64,000 nt of DNA from NCBI GenBank assembly GCA_031283445.1, contig JAITBT010000026.1:7634-71633 (forward strand), written 5' to 3'. The DNA is from Holosporaceae bacterium. GTDB lineage: Bacteria; Pseudomonadota; Alphaproteobacteria; UBA3830. Below are positions 18,212 to 30,485 of this stretch, in pieces. Within the stretch, counting starts at the first letter, position 1; the number at the start of each line of letters is the position of its first letter. Under the pieces are notes generated by a model, which was given only the letters and a program-made list of their open reading frames with translations, was not told where the DNA came from and did no database searches. A program made the position numbers and the translations under genes.

Positions 18212-20758
18212 TTAGGAAATAATTTTAACCACATTGTCCTGAAGCTTCATGAGGACTTTTGTCCCTTCCGACAATTCGCCGGCAATAATCTTTTGAGAAA
18301 GCGGATCGCACAGCTCTCGGAGAATGCATCTCTTCAAGGGGCGCGCACCATTAAGAGGATCAAACCCTATATCGCAGAGCCAGCGCTTCAATTCTTCATC
18401 AAAGGCAATAGTAATTTTCTTTTCAGACAATCTCTCCTCAAGATTATGCAATTGTATTTCTACAATGCCTGTCATATTTTCTCTGGACAAGCTATTAAAT
18501 ACTATTATTTCATCCAATCGATTTATTAATTCCGGTCGGAACGCTGATTTTACTATGTTCATTACTTCAGTGACAATCACATCCCTCGTTAAAGTTTTGT
18601 TTTGAAAGAATTTGGAGCCGAGGTTGGATGTCAACACTATTATGGTGTTTTTGAAATTCACAGTTCGCCCCAGCCCATCCGTCAAATGCCCCTCATCCAA
18701 TACCTGTAGGAGGATATTAAATACATCATTGTGAGCTTTTTCCACTTCATCGAAGAGGATTACAGAATAAGGATGCCGCCGAATAGCTTCCGTCAATTCG
18801 CCACCTTGTTCATAGCCGATATATCCAGGAGGAGCGCCGATGAGTCGGGAAACAGAATGTTTTTCCATATACTCCGACATATCTATGCGGATCATACTAT
18901 TTTTATCATCAAACAAAAACTGAGCCAGTGCTTTAGATAATTCAGTCTTTCCGACGCCGGTTGGACCCAGGAAGAGGAACGATCCCATTGGGCGATTAGG
19001 ATCCGAAATGCCAGCCCGGCATCGACGGACACAGTCCGCAATTGCACCAATGGCCTCATCCTGACCAACGACAGACTCCTTCAACTTCAATTCCATAGAT
19101 AAAAGACGTTCCTTCTCGCCTAGCAGCATCTTCTCCACCGGAATTCCGGTCCAGCGGGAAACTATGACTGCAATGTCATCATCCGTTACCTCGCTGTGTT
19201 TCTGGGTGGCAGATTGTTCATTTTGAAGTTCTACTAATTTATTCTGTAGGGATGGCAGTTTACTGTATAGTAGCTCGCCAGCCTTCGCGAAATCGGCATT
19301 TCGCTGAGCAATTTCAGCATCGTTTTTGATTTCGTCGATCTTACTTTTTATACTCTTTATCTCATCTATATTTTTCTTTTCGAGATTCCAATTGGCATTT
19401 AGTTCGACAGATTTCTTTTCCAACCCTTCCAACTCAACTTGAATTTTCTCTAAACGTTCCCGAGATGAAGGATCCGTCTCCTTTTTCAAAACCTCCTGTT
19501 CGACTTTTAATTGCATTATCCTACGATCAAGCTCATCAATTTCCTCTGGCTTGGAATCCATGACCATTTTTAATCTGCTGGCTGCTTCATCCATGAGATC
19601 TATAGCCTTATCCGGAAGGAAACGATCGCTAATATATTTATGAGAATAATTACAAGCAGCAATTACTGCAGAATCGCTGATGCGGACACCGTGGTGCAGC
19701 TCATATTTTTCTTTTAGACCGCGTAATATTGAGATCGAATCCAATACTGTTGGTTCATTTACAAAGACTGGCTGAAACCTACGAGCGAAAGCTGTATCTT
19801 TTTCTATATATTTGCGATATTCATCTAATGTTGTCGATCCGATACAGTGTAATTCACCTCGGGCAAGAGCTGGCTTTAACATGTTAGATGCATCCATCGC
19901 TCCATCGCCTTGTCCTGCTCCAATCATAGTATGAATTTCATCAATAAATAAAATCACATCACTACTTTGGGACACTTCTTTTAGAACAGCCTTCAGCCGT
20001 TCTTCAAATTCCCCTCGAAACTTTGCTCCGGCAATCAATAATCCCAAATCTAATGCCATTATCCTCTTGTTTTTAATGGAATCTGGAACATCTTGTTTGA
20101 TTATCCGCAAAGCCAACCCTTCTGCGATAGCAGTTTTCCCGACGCCGGGCTCGCCTATCAAGATCGGATTATTTTTTGTACGCCGCGATAATACTTGTAT
20201 GGCTCTTCTAATTTCTTCATCTCGACCGATTACTGGATCTAATTTTCCTGCGTTGGCGAGCTGGGTAATATCCTTCGCGTATCTATTAAGAGCATCGAAA
20301 CCAGACTCAGCACTTTCTGTATCAACAGTTCTATTCATTCGTATTTCTCTTATTATATTCTCTAAACTTTCTAATACTCCACCACAATCCAGAAATATGG
20401 ATTTTATTGGCTCGTTGAAAAAAATACAAAAAATAAAATTATCCAGACTGATATACTTATCTCCGAGCTTCGCAGCTCTTTCCGACATTTTTTGAAATAT
20501 CGCAGTCAAATCAGATGATACTGACAGATTCGTGGTTCCAAATACTTCTGGCAACTGAGACAATTTTTTATCGCACAGTTTCTCCAGCCTATCTCGATCG
20601 ATTTTCTGAAGACATTTATATATAATATGCTCATTCGCGTTGTTTAATATAGATTTCAGCACATGAAATGGAGATAATTGTTGATGATGATGGGAAGTAG
20701 CTTCCTGCTGTGACTGTTGCAAAATTAATATAACAGACTGAGTAAAGTTCTGATTCAT
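18212..20758 (-). CDS. clpB: ATP-dependent chaperone ClpB
   Basis: 848 aa with two AAA+ modules (GEPGVGKTA and GPTGVGKTE), a long coiled-coil middle domain and a Clp N-domain. Confidence 0.95.
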   Translation of the reverse strand: MNQNFTQSVILILQQSQQEATSHHHQQLSPFHVLKSILNNANEHIIYKCLQKIDRDRLEKLCDKKLSQLPEVFGTTNLSVSSDLTAIFQKMSERAAKLGDKYISLDNFIFCIFFNEPIKSIFLDCGGVLESLENIIREIRMNRTVDTESAESGFDALNRYAKDITQLANAGKLDPVIGRDEEIRRAIQVLSRRTKNNPILIGEPGVGKTAIAEGLALRIIKQDVPDSIKNKRIMALDLGLLIAGAKFRGEFEERLKAVLKEVSQSSDVILFIDEIHTMIGAGQGDGAMDASNMLKPALARGELHCIGSTTLDEYRKYIEKDTAFARRFQPVFVNEPTVLDSISILRGLKEKYELHHGVRISDSAVIAACNYSHKYISDRFLPDKAIDLMDEAASRLKMVMDSKPEEIDELDRRIMQLKVEQEVLKKETDPSSRERLEKIQVELEGLEKKSVELNANWNLEKKNIDEIKSIKSKIDEIKNDAEIAQRNADFAKAGELLYSKLPSLQNKLVELQNEQSATQKHSEVTDDDIAVIVSRWTGIPVEKMLLGEKERLLSMELKLKESVVGQDEAIGAIADCVRRCRAGISDPNRPMGSFLFLGPTGVGKTELSKALAQFLFDDKNSMIRIDMSEYMEKHSVSRLIGAPPGYIGYEQGGELTEAIRRHPYSVILFDEVEKAHNDVFNILLQVLDEGHLTDGLGRTVNFKNTIIVLTSNLGSKFFQNKTLTRDVIVTEVMNIVKSAFRPELINRLDEIIVFNSLSRENMTGIVEIQLHNLEERLSEKKITIAFDEELKRWLCDIGFDPLNGARPLKRCILRELCDPLSQKIIAGELSEGTKVLMKLQDNVVKIIS

Positions 20759-20782
20759 GACCTTTAACCTAGTTTTAATGGG

Positions 20783-20811
20783 ATTTTATACAAGAGAAAT
20801 AACATTGTCAA
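20783..20811 (-). promoter_or_regulatory. Sigma-70-like promoter candidate for clpB
   Basis: On the minus strand the sequence reads TTGACA (20811-20806), a 17-nt spacer, then TAAAAT (20788-20783). This is ~25 nt upstream of the clpB ATG, with TAAAGG as a possible RBS. Confidence 0.4.
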
Positions 20812-20884
20812 ACAGAGCCCACCATATAACGCATTGATTTAATGTAATAGATAAAATACGCATTAATATTAATTTTTGATAAAA

Positions 20885-23104
20885 TCAAGTGTCTACATTT
20901 GTGGTAAAACTCTCTGGATCTTCAAGTGTTTCGTCGCTTTTTTTATTTTTTACCTCTATGAATTCATTGGATATAGTTTTGCAAACTTTCGGAATTCTAA
21001 TAGAAAACGTTGATCCGCAGCCCAGCGTACTTTCCACGAAAATATTCCCTCCTAAGTATTCAGTATATTTCTTTGTAAGAGATAAACCCAAACCAGAGGA
21101 CGAACTATTAGACGCATTCTCCTGAAAGGATTCGAAAACAGCATTAACTTTGCTTTCTTCAATACCAACTCCGGTATCAATTACCGAAAACTCAATAAAA
21201 CTCCCTTCGCTTCTTGTAGTAGGAGTAACCCTCAGTGTTATTTTACCAAATTCTGTAAATTTAGCGGCATTACTGAGTAGGTTTAGCAAACATTGCCTTA
21301 TTTTAGTAGCATCCGAATACATAATTCCAAGATCTCTTGGGTATTCTAGAAAAAGAGAATTATTATTGTTTGCAATAAGTGGCATTGCAACTCCTTCCAC
21401 CTCCTTAATGAGATTGACTATTTCAAAATTTTCAAAAAATAGTTGAGTTTTTCCAGCTTCAATTTTGGATAGGTCAAGAATTTCATCAATCAATGATAGT
21501 AAATGCTTCGCGGAGCCGATGATCTTTCGCAAATCCTCCGCCGTAACCGTATCTTTCCTATCCATCGCTTCCTCTTCCAGGATTTCACTATAGCCGATTA
21601 TGGCACTAAGCGGAGTTTTCAATTCATTGCTAATATTGGTTAGGAATTTACTTTTTGCTTTATTAGCCTCATCCGCAACAAGCTTAGATTTTTCCAACAA
21701 TGTATTGGATTCTTCCAACTCTTTTGCTTTTGCTTCCAAATCGGCCGTTCTTTCTATAATTTGTTTCTCCAGAAAAGCCGCATTGTTGGCTAATTTTTTC
21801 TCCATCTCTTTTCTAAGATTTATATCTAATATCGCCAACACAACATATTTTCCATTGTTTATTATAATTGGGCTAGCAGAACATATTGACCAAAAACTTC
21901 CACCTTCAAAGCTTTGTACTAATACTTCATAATTCGAAACATTGATATTGGAGGAAATAGCGTTGGTTATATAACTCTTGTCATCTTCTTCGATGAATAA
22001 ATTCCACATATTGACAGCTCCGACATTTTCCTTTTTTATTCTCAATAATATCGAAGCCGTAAGGTTAATTCTTACGATTTTTCCGTCGGATACCTTAAAT
22101 ATGATTATGGCCAGAGGAGTAGTATCCGAAATCACATTTGTGATCTCTAGTTGTTCTTTTGTTCTTATATAGAATCTAGTGATAATTAAGCATATCAACA
22201 CCCATATAATCATCAGAAGTGTTTTTATAAATGAAATAGAGCCGAGAATTTTATTGGATATAGTTTCGACAGCCATAATGTCTGTTGCAATGACTATAAA
22301 AAACTTACTTCCTTTCATTTTACTAGGCATCAAAATTTCGTCTTTAAACAATCTAAAATTTATGGATTCGATATTTTTTTCGGATAATCCAATAGGTATT
22401 TCATTTATTTTTTGCGATAGATGAATTCCCAATACCATGACAGATCGATTACTCACTATTCCCCGTGGAAGGGAATTCAGAGAGATGTAGCGATTAAAAT
22501 CCGGAGAAATAATATAAAACATTCGTGGGAAAGAACCTTTTTGAATTTTAAGCATATATTTTTCATAACGATTCCATTTTACAGTAAATTCAAAAAAAAT
22601 TTTTTTACTACTGTCGGACTCCTGCTGAAAATTTTTGGCTATAGTATATTTTAAAATTATAGTCCCGTTCTTTAATTGCCTAAGAGTATACGATATATTA
22701 TCTCCCAGTTGATCCAATTCCTTATCCTCAGCTAGATCTATGTTGTTATCATCGAAAGAACTTGCCAAGAGTTTTTTGTCATTATCGTATACTTTTATGG
22801 AACTAATGCTTTTATTGTATTCTAAGACTGATTTTAGCTTCTTCTTTAAAAAGTTCGCATTTTTCGGATTGGGAGTCGACACCTCTGCAACGATCGCGTG
22901 AATCTCTTTCACAGTATTTTCAAATTGTAATGATATATATTTAGATAACCCGATACCTTCTGTAACCATAAAAGCATCAACACATTCTTTCGAATCACAC
23001 TCCAGTGCGTTTTTCATATATCTAACGCATATCAACAAAGGAATTAAACTAAACACCCACAGAAGAGCTGTTGATTTAAATACCGTCTTAACTTTGCTCA
23101 ACAT
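20885..23104 (-). CDS. Membrane sensor histidine-kinase-like protein (extracytoplasmic sensor domain, PAS, DHp, HATPase_c) lacking the canonical H-box histidine
   Basis: Two TM segments bracket a ~250-aa extracytoplasmic domain. The H-box reads FLTNISNELKTPLSAIIGYSE, with Asn (codon AAT, 21626-21628) where SHELRTPL has His. The N box (LLSNAAKFT), G1 (VIDTGVGI), F (FESF) and G2 (SGLGLSL) boxes are intact. Confidence 0.85.
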   Translation of the reverse strand: MLSKVKTVFKSTALLWVFSLIPLLICVRYMKNALECDSKECVDAFMVTEGIGLSKYISLQFENTVKEIHAIVAEVSTPNPKNANFLKKKLKSVLEYNKSISSIKVYDNDKKLLASSFDDNNIDLAEDKELDQLGDNISYTLRQLKNGTIILKYTIAKNFQQESDSSKKIFFEFTVKWNRYEKYMLKIQKGSFPRMFYIISPDFNRYISLNSLPRGIVSNRSVMVLGIHLSQKINEIPIGLSEKNIESINFRLFKDEILMPSKMKGSKFFIVIATDIMAVETISNKILGSISFIKTLLMIIWVLICLIITRFYIRTKEQLEITNVISDTTPLAIIIFKVSDGKIVRINLTASILLRIKKENVGAVNMWNLFIEEDDKSYITNAISSNINVSNYEVLVQSFEGGSFWSICSASPIIINNGKYVVLAILDINLRKEMEKKLANNAAFLEKQIIERTADLEAKAKELEESNTLLEKSKLVADEANKAKSKFLTNISNELKTPLSAIIGYSEILEEEAMDRKDTVTAEDLRKIIGSAKHLLSLIDEILDLSKIEAGKTQLFFENFEIVNLIKEVEGVAMPLIANNNNSLFLEYPRDLGIMYSDATKIRQCLLNLLSNAAKFTEFGKITLRVTPTTRSEGSFIEFSVIDTGVGIEESKVNAVFESFQENASNSSSSGLGLSLTKKYTEYLGGNIFVESTLGCGSTFSIRIPKVCKTISNEFIEVKNKKSDETLEDPESFTTNVDT

Positions 23105-23397
23105 TAAGAACCTGACACAAAAAAATTATGTTTAAATCCTAATTGATTAAGTTTACTTTTTTGTAAAGAAAGGCTAAAATATTTACAACATTGTTATCAC
23201 CTAGCTTAGTATAGATGCGATATGTTTTTATACTGATGATAAGAATACAACGACCATGTATACATAGTACGAATCTAGTATATTAGTACCAAAGAATGTG
23301 TGTTATACCGAACTTCATCATGGATTGTACAAAACAAGTTCTATACAATCCATAAATCTGTGGCACTGTTCAAAGGATAACAAATCTTTTTAGAAAG

Positions 23398-24633
23398 TTA
23401 TCCCTGCATTTTCTGTTGAAGAGCAGATAAAGCACTTGAAAATGGATTATATGCAAATCCAGTAGGTCCTATATTAGCCATTGCTGCCGATATCAACAGA
23501 TCTAATTTCTCTGGGGAATTTTCATCCAAAGACATATTTCCTGATCGCAAAGGAAGTTGAATTCTATGATAATGGAAATTACTATCTTTTTGCGATAAGT
23601 TAACCAAAGATCTCTCTGTATTATCTGTTGCAGCTGCAATGAATAAATGAGGGAGTCTTTCTGCCCAAAATATTAATCCACGATTCTCGTAATATTTAAA
23701 TTCTGCGCTTTTATCGCATGTTCCAGTACCGAAAGAAATCATAACTAACTTTGCAAAAGGGTATCTGCTTCTAGCTAAGTGGTATGCTTCTTCCCCTGGA
23801 TGATTTGCAAAAATTCCGCCATCACCTCCTTCATATTTCTTTAAATCCGAAGAGAAACAAAAATATGGATTGAAAAACGTTGGGGCGGAACTGGTCATCA
23901 TTAATAGATCAGCAAGTTTAAAATCTTCAGATGAAGGCGAAAAACTTTTGTAATACATCGCTTCTCCAGTATTGTAGCAAAAAAATGGAACAATAAAATC
24001 TACTCCCAACTCTCTTGCTGATCTCTCCCCAGTAAATTCCTTGATTACTTTCAGTTTTTCTGAGTTTTTATAAAGAGGCTTGCATACACCTTTCATGGAC
24101 AATTTGCTCTTTGAAAAAGTACGCTCAACAAGGCTGTGAAAATTTTCAAACATACTTGCTTCTTGCCCCAAAGCAATTCCCGCACAAATCAGTGCTCCGA
24201 CGGATGTTCCCGCAAACATATCCACCAACGGCCCCAGTGAAGGAATTCTCAATCTTTTCATCAGTTCCATAGTATAAAATAGAGGGATAATTCCTCTGCT
24301 GCCTCCTCCATCTATCGAAAAAATTATTTTCGTCTCCTGGTGATAAATCGGTAAAAGCGGTCTTTCCACCCAGAAGATAGGTGCGCTACTTTGAGCAGTA
24401 ATTTGCGCAGGCTGAGCAGTTCTTACCAATAGGGTATCACTAGAAGAACTACGAGATATCTGCGGCACATCTGGCATAATTGGTTTGGTTTGAAGACATA
24501 ATCTCTGTTGTTGTGATGACTCACCTGTTTTCAATACTATCGGGGGTCGCATTGCTGAGCAAGAAAACACGAATAATAGACTAATAAAAAACCTAAAAAT
24601 TGTTTTCTTAGAATTTTTCATTGCTCTCTCCAT
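23398..24633 (-). CDS. Secreted or lipoprotein patatin-like phospholipase
   Basis: Oxyanion motif DGGGSRG, nucleophile elbow GTSVGA and catalytic Asp in GGDGGIFANHP. The N-terminal signal or lipobox-like leader is ...ISLLFVFSCSAM, followed by a Ser/Gln/Pro-rich linker. Confidence 0.85.
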   Translation of the reverse strand: MERAMKNSKKTIFRFFISLLFVFSCSAMRPPIVLKTGESSQQQRLCLQTKPIMPDVPQISRSSSSDTLLVRTAQPAQITAQSSAPIFWVERPLLPIYHQETKIIFSIDGGGSRGIIPLFYTMELMKRLRIPSLGPLVDMFAGTSVGALICAGIALGQEASMFENFHSLVERTFSKSKLSMKGVCKPLYKNSEKLKVIKEFTGERSARELGVDFIVPFFCYNTGEAMYYKSFSPSSEDFKLADLLMMTSSAPTFFNPYFCFSSDLKKYEGGDGGIFANHPGEEAYHLARSRYPFAKLVMISFGTGTCDKSAEFKYYENRGLIFWAERLPHLFIAAATDNTERSLVNLSQKDSNFHYHRIQLPLRSGNMSLDENSPEKLDLLISAAMANIGPTGFAYNPFSSALSALQQKMQG

Positions 24634-24922
24634 TTTTCAGAACAAAACAACAGCGACAACAATGAATTTCGGTAACTTTCATATACTTGAGTATATCTAG
24701 AATAAATCAACGTTATTCTAAGTATCCTCATTACACTAATTTCCGGGTATTTTTATAAAACAAGGAATTCGTAATCCCAAGGACATCTTGGCAATTACGC
24801 TGCCTATCGTATGCTCAAAAAGTTAACAGAAAGTTAATTCTTAATAAATTTTTAACATTTGCTAATAATGTCTACCGCTTTTTTCGGTTTAGCGGCATTT
24901 TCAAGAGACACCAGAGCCAGAA

Positions 24923-24979
24923 AAACCTCCCGGCAACCCATAGGTTAGGAATAGAAATGCAAATAGAAGCGGGAGGTTT
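24923..24979 (-). terminator. Possible intrinsic terminator downstream of groEL
   Basis: Minus strand: AAACCTCCCG, a 37-nt loop, CGGGAGGTTT, then TTCTGG. The stem is a perfect 10 bp and runs into a T-rich tract. The loop is unusually long, so confidence is low. Confidence 0.3.
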
Positions 24980-25024
24980 GTTAGAGTTCTTGATCTGGGG
25001 GTGTTCTCGGTCAATAGATTACCG

Positions 25025-26981
<1,957 letters not shown>

Positions 26982-27256
26982 TTTCCAACTCCAACTTAAT
27001 TTAAAAACTACACTTCATCCGAAGCGAACCTATGTTAACATATAATAACATCAATTCAAGACATCGTATGTAAAAAATTTACCATTACAATGGTATTTGT
27101 TACAATTTTTACGATCAATCGTGGAAATATGTGTGTGACTTCATCAGAGCAACTACCCGGAACAAATAAAAAATAAAAAATAGTAATTGATATTTTTATT
27201 TAAAAATAATTATATATTATACGGAGTGTCAACGACTGCTTTAAAATATAGGAGGC

Positions 27257-29608
27257 ATGGTGATAAATAATAACATTGCTCTTGTAAATGATCTTTGCGA
27301 TTCGGATATGATCGAGTCTGTGGTCGCTATGTTTCGGAATTTTGCCCCCGAAAAGCCTGTCGGCAATGCTGTTATATATTTTTGGGAAAGTCATACTGAA
27401 AATGATTTCATTAAAAAGAGAATACAATCCACCATAGATTTGATCTACAAAGAATTCGACATGTCATCCTGCGAAAAGTATGAAATCCGGACAGGGTACC
27501 TAAATCGTTATAATCATCTCCCCAGATCGTTTAATAAATGCACCTTAAACGAAATAAATTGTGCCGCAATCAAAGGAGAAGAAGAACAAGAAGCGTGGGT
27601 TAGTCTTTATGCACAGGATTTGCCGGATTTTGAAAAAAAAGACTGGAAAAGTTGTATTTTGAAAGAAAGAAATTTGTATTATAATGACTGTAAAAATCTT
27701 GTGCAAGAGAAGAGGGAACACAATGCGGATTTTGCTATTGCCATCCAAAAAAGTGTAGAAGCATATGCAGATAAGCATAGTACGGATAAAATAAACGGTG
27801 AATTGTATATTCTAGAAGAGATTTCGTGGATATTAAGCTTACCTCTACTGCATATAAATAAATCCATTTACCTCATTCATGTGGGAAATGATAATCCAGC
27901 GATTAAAGCGTTATTTCACAATTTTCCCAATCTACAAAAAGCAGTGAAGTGGCTGTCCCCTCATTTTTGCAATAGCACGTTTGTTAATATCAGCGACTTT
28001 CTAATGGACTACAGGAATGCTTCTCATATGGGCCACTCTTATGCGGTAGAGAATAAAGACGCAGTACAAAGTATAAGGTATTTAAAAAAAAAGGAACACA
28101 GAGACAGAAGCGAGCCATCACAATCGTTGAAACAAACAAACATAGAAAGGAGTCTACTCCGCTCCATTATCGAAAAATTCCCAGGACATGTCTATTGGTT
28201 GAATAGCAAAAACATTTATATGGGGTGTAACGAGCTGCAAGCGAGGAATTTTGGATTGAAATCCCGTGACGAAATCATTGGAAAAACTAATTCTGATTTG
28301 CTTGCGTCAGAAGAGGCCATTGCACTAGACAAAATCAATAAAAGCATCATTGAAACGGGGCAACCATACGAAGGAGAGGAACTAGCAATGATGCGAAACA
28401 AGCCAGGAAATTATCTGTCTCAAAAAGTGCCTCTGCGGGATGACAATGGAGAAATTATAGGAGTGCTTGGAGTCTCTATTGATATCACGGATCGTAAAAA
28501 AGCTGAAAAGCTAGAAATTAAGAATAAATTACAAAAAATAAAAATAGATGAGCAGGAAGAATTTAAAAAATTTACTGCCAGAATTGTGCATGACATCACA
28601 TCTCCCCTAATTAGTTTGGAATATTTTGCAAAATATTGCAAAGGTCTTTCGGAGAATTATTACGCCACATTGATGAGTATAGTAACTAGTATCAGAAATA
28701 TTGCTGGTGATTTGCTGAATAGATATATGCAGGATCGCAACGAAGCATATTCAGAGAAAGAACAATATATTTTGGTTTCTTTAGCATTGCTGGAACTGAT
28801 AAGCCATAAAAGGTATCAATATAAAGAATCAAAAATTAAGCTGAATTATTTGCCGGATCCTGCTACAAAATTCATTTTCATAAAGGGAGACTTATCAAAT
28901 TTTGGTCGCATGATATCTAACCTTATAAACAATTCCGTAGAGGCTTACGAAAATGGAAGCGGCACAGTGATATTGACAACAGAAGTAGAAAATCAAAGTT
29001 TTAAAATTACCATAAAGGACAACGGCAAAGGAATGAATCAGGAATTAATCCATAGAATTAATGGGAATATACCTGTCAATACAACTAAAGCAGAGGGACA
29101 TGGTATAGGATTAGATCAAGTAATGAGTACATTAGAGCTTTACGATGGACAATTATTTGTCGAATCAAAAGAAGGAGAAGGTACAGCTGTAACCATTTCA
29201 TTTCCCATAGTTAAGCAGCCAAGCTGGATAGCAGAACAAATCCTGATACACCGAGATAGTACAGTTATAATTGTGGACGCAGAACTTTCCATTCATGATG
29301 TTTGGAAAACTTTATTGAAAGATCATCTCAAGTATTTAAATTTAGTTTTTTATACGAATTGTAAAGAAGCTTTTGCATTTATTGCATCACTTGAGGATAA
29401 GAGCAATGTATTTTTATTGGCAGATTTAAAATTAAAAAATAATAGCTTTAATGAACTGAACACGATATTGCAAAATGATATGAAAGAGCGTTCTTTCATA
29501 GTAACGAATATTTATAATAACAAAATAACATATGAACTCGTTGAACGGGTAGGTATAAAAATACTACCTAAACAACTTATGTCGGATGTTCCTATAGTTG
29601 TAAAATGA
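27257..29608 (+). CDS. Cytoplasmic hybrid sensor histidine kinase (unknown ~290-aa N-domain, PAS, DHp, HATPase_c, degenerate receiver)
   Basis: No TM segments are visible. PAS region LLRSIIEKFPGHVYWLNSKNIYMGCNE...; H-box FTARIVHDITSPLISL with His present; N box MISNLINNSVEA; G1 IKDNGKGM; G2 GHGIGLDQV. The C-terminal REC-like region is TVIIVDAE...VFLLADLKL...IVTN...KILPK. The start is uncertain because the ATG sits immediately after AGGAGG. Confidence 0.8.
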   Translation: MVINNNIALVNDLCDSDMIESVVAMFRNFAPEKPVGNAVIYFWESHTENDFIKKRIQSTIDLIYKEFDMSSCEKYEIRTGYLNRYNHLPRSFNKCTLNEINCAAIKGEEEQEAWVSLYAQDLPDFEKKDWKSCILKERNLYYNDCKNLVQEKREHNADFAIAIQKSVEAYADKHSTDKINGELYILEEISWILSLPLLHINKSIYLIHVGNDNPAIKALFHNFPNLQKAVKWLSPHFCNSTFVNISDFLMDYRNASHMGHSYAVENKDAVQSIRYLKKKEHRDRSEPSQSLKQTNIERSLLRSIIEKFPGHVYWLNSKNIYMGCNELQARNFGLKSRDEIIGKTNSDLLASEEAIALDKINKSIIETGQPYEGEELAMMRNKPGNYLSQKVPLRDDNGEIIGVLGVSIDITDRKKAEKLEIKNKLQKIKIDEQEEFKKFTARIVHDITSPLISLEYFAKYCKGLSENYYATLMSIVTSIRNIAGDLLNRYMQDRNEAYSEKEQYILVSLALLELISHKRYQYKESKIKLNYLPDPATKFIFIKGDLSNFGRMISNLINNSVEAYENGSGTVILTTEVENQSFKITIKDNGKGMNQELIHRINGNIPVNTTKAEGHGIGLDQVMSTLELYDGQLFVESKEGEGTAVTISFPIVKQPSWIAEQILIHRDSTVIIVDAELSIHDVWKTLLKDHLKYLNLVFYTNCKEAFAFIASLEDKSNVFLLADLKLKNNSFNELNTILQNDMKERSFIVTNIYNNKITYELVERVGIKILPKQLMSDVPIVVK

Positions 29609-29755
29609 AAAGCAAATTGAGTATCGATTCCAGCATACTGATAGAAAAAGAAAGTATAACGAAACTCATTCAAAACGGTCTTTCAATTTTATATATCTTT
29701 AATTATTATAAGCGCAGCATTACCTTCGATATAGATTCCCAATAGGAGTATAATT

Positions 29756-30484
29756 ATGAAAAGGTATATATACATATTGCTTTCGGTCGCATTTGCTTTG
29801 ATACCGGGTTGTAAAGAGAACAGTGAAAAAAATGAAATAAAATTTGCAGTTTGTGCGGATTATCCACCTTTTGAGTACTATGACAACGGAAAAATGGTTG
29901 GGTTCGATATAGAGTTAGCGATAGCGGTAGCTCATAAACTGGGCATGAAAGCTGTCTTTGATGACATGCAACTACCGGCAGTACTGGTGTCCGTACAGAA
30001 TGGACATGTTGAAGCCGCAATTTCGGCACTGGCTGCAACAGAAGAAAGAGAAAAGAACTGCTGCTTTTCAGTGAAATACTATTCAGAGAATTTCGCTATC
30101 ATATACAGAAAGGAACAACCTATAACAACGCCAGAGCAAATGGCAAATGCAAAGATAGCGTGTCAATTGGGAAGCACAATGGAAATATGGATGAAGAAAA
30201 ATGTCCCGTCTGCATCGCTTGTCCTTGTGGATAACAATAATCTGGCAGTAGAGTCGCTGAAAGCGGGTATTGTGGGTGGTGTTTTCATCGATGAAATACA
30301 AGCTTCTGTTTTTTGTAAAAAAAATCCAAACCTGGCGTATGTCCACATCGCGGCATCAGGGGAATGGTATGCAATAGCAATGAAAAAAGAATCCAAATGG
30401 AAAGAGAAAATAGATAAAGCTCTAAAAGAACTTATATCCAGCGGAGAAGTGGAAAAATTGAAGAAAAAATGGCTAGTGGAGTAG
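29756..30484 (+). CDS. Polar amino-acid ABC transporter substrate-binding lipoprotein (family 3 SBP)
   Basis: Lipobox ALIPGC, then IKFAVCADYPPFEYYDNGKMVGFDIELAIAVAHKLG, which is typical of Gln/Arg/cystine-type SBPs. Confidence 0.85.
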   Translation: MKRYIYILLSVAFALIPGCKENSEKNEIKFAVCADYPPFEYYDNGKMVGFDIELAIAVAHKLGMKAVFDDMQLPAVLVSVQNGHVEAAISALAATEEREKNCCFSVKYYSENFAIIYRKEQPITTPEQMANAKIACQLGSTMEIWMKKNVPSASLVLVDNNNLAVESLKAGIVGGVFIDEIQASVFCKKNPNLAYVHIAASGEWYAIAMKKESKWKEKIDKALKELISSGEVEKLKKKWLVE

Positions 30485-30485
30485 C

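Noticed and set aside
23310-23352. 10-bp inverted repeat ATGGATTGTA...TACAATCCAT downstream of the patatin gene.
   Set aside because: The loop is about 14 nt and no T-tract follows on the minus strand. It could be a weak terminator or a protein-binding site, but this cannot be decided from sequence.
26982-27256. CIRCE (HrcA operator) or a sigma-32 promoter upstream of groES.
   Set aside because: No TTAGCACTC-N9-GAGTGCTAA-like inverted repeat is present. On the minus strand a CTTGAAT box is followed 16 nt later by TTAACATA, which only loosely resembles a sigma-32 promoter, too weak to call.
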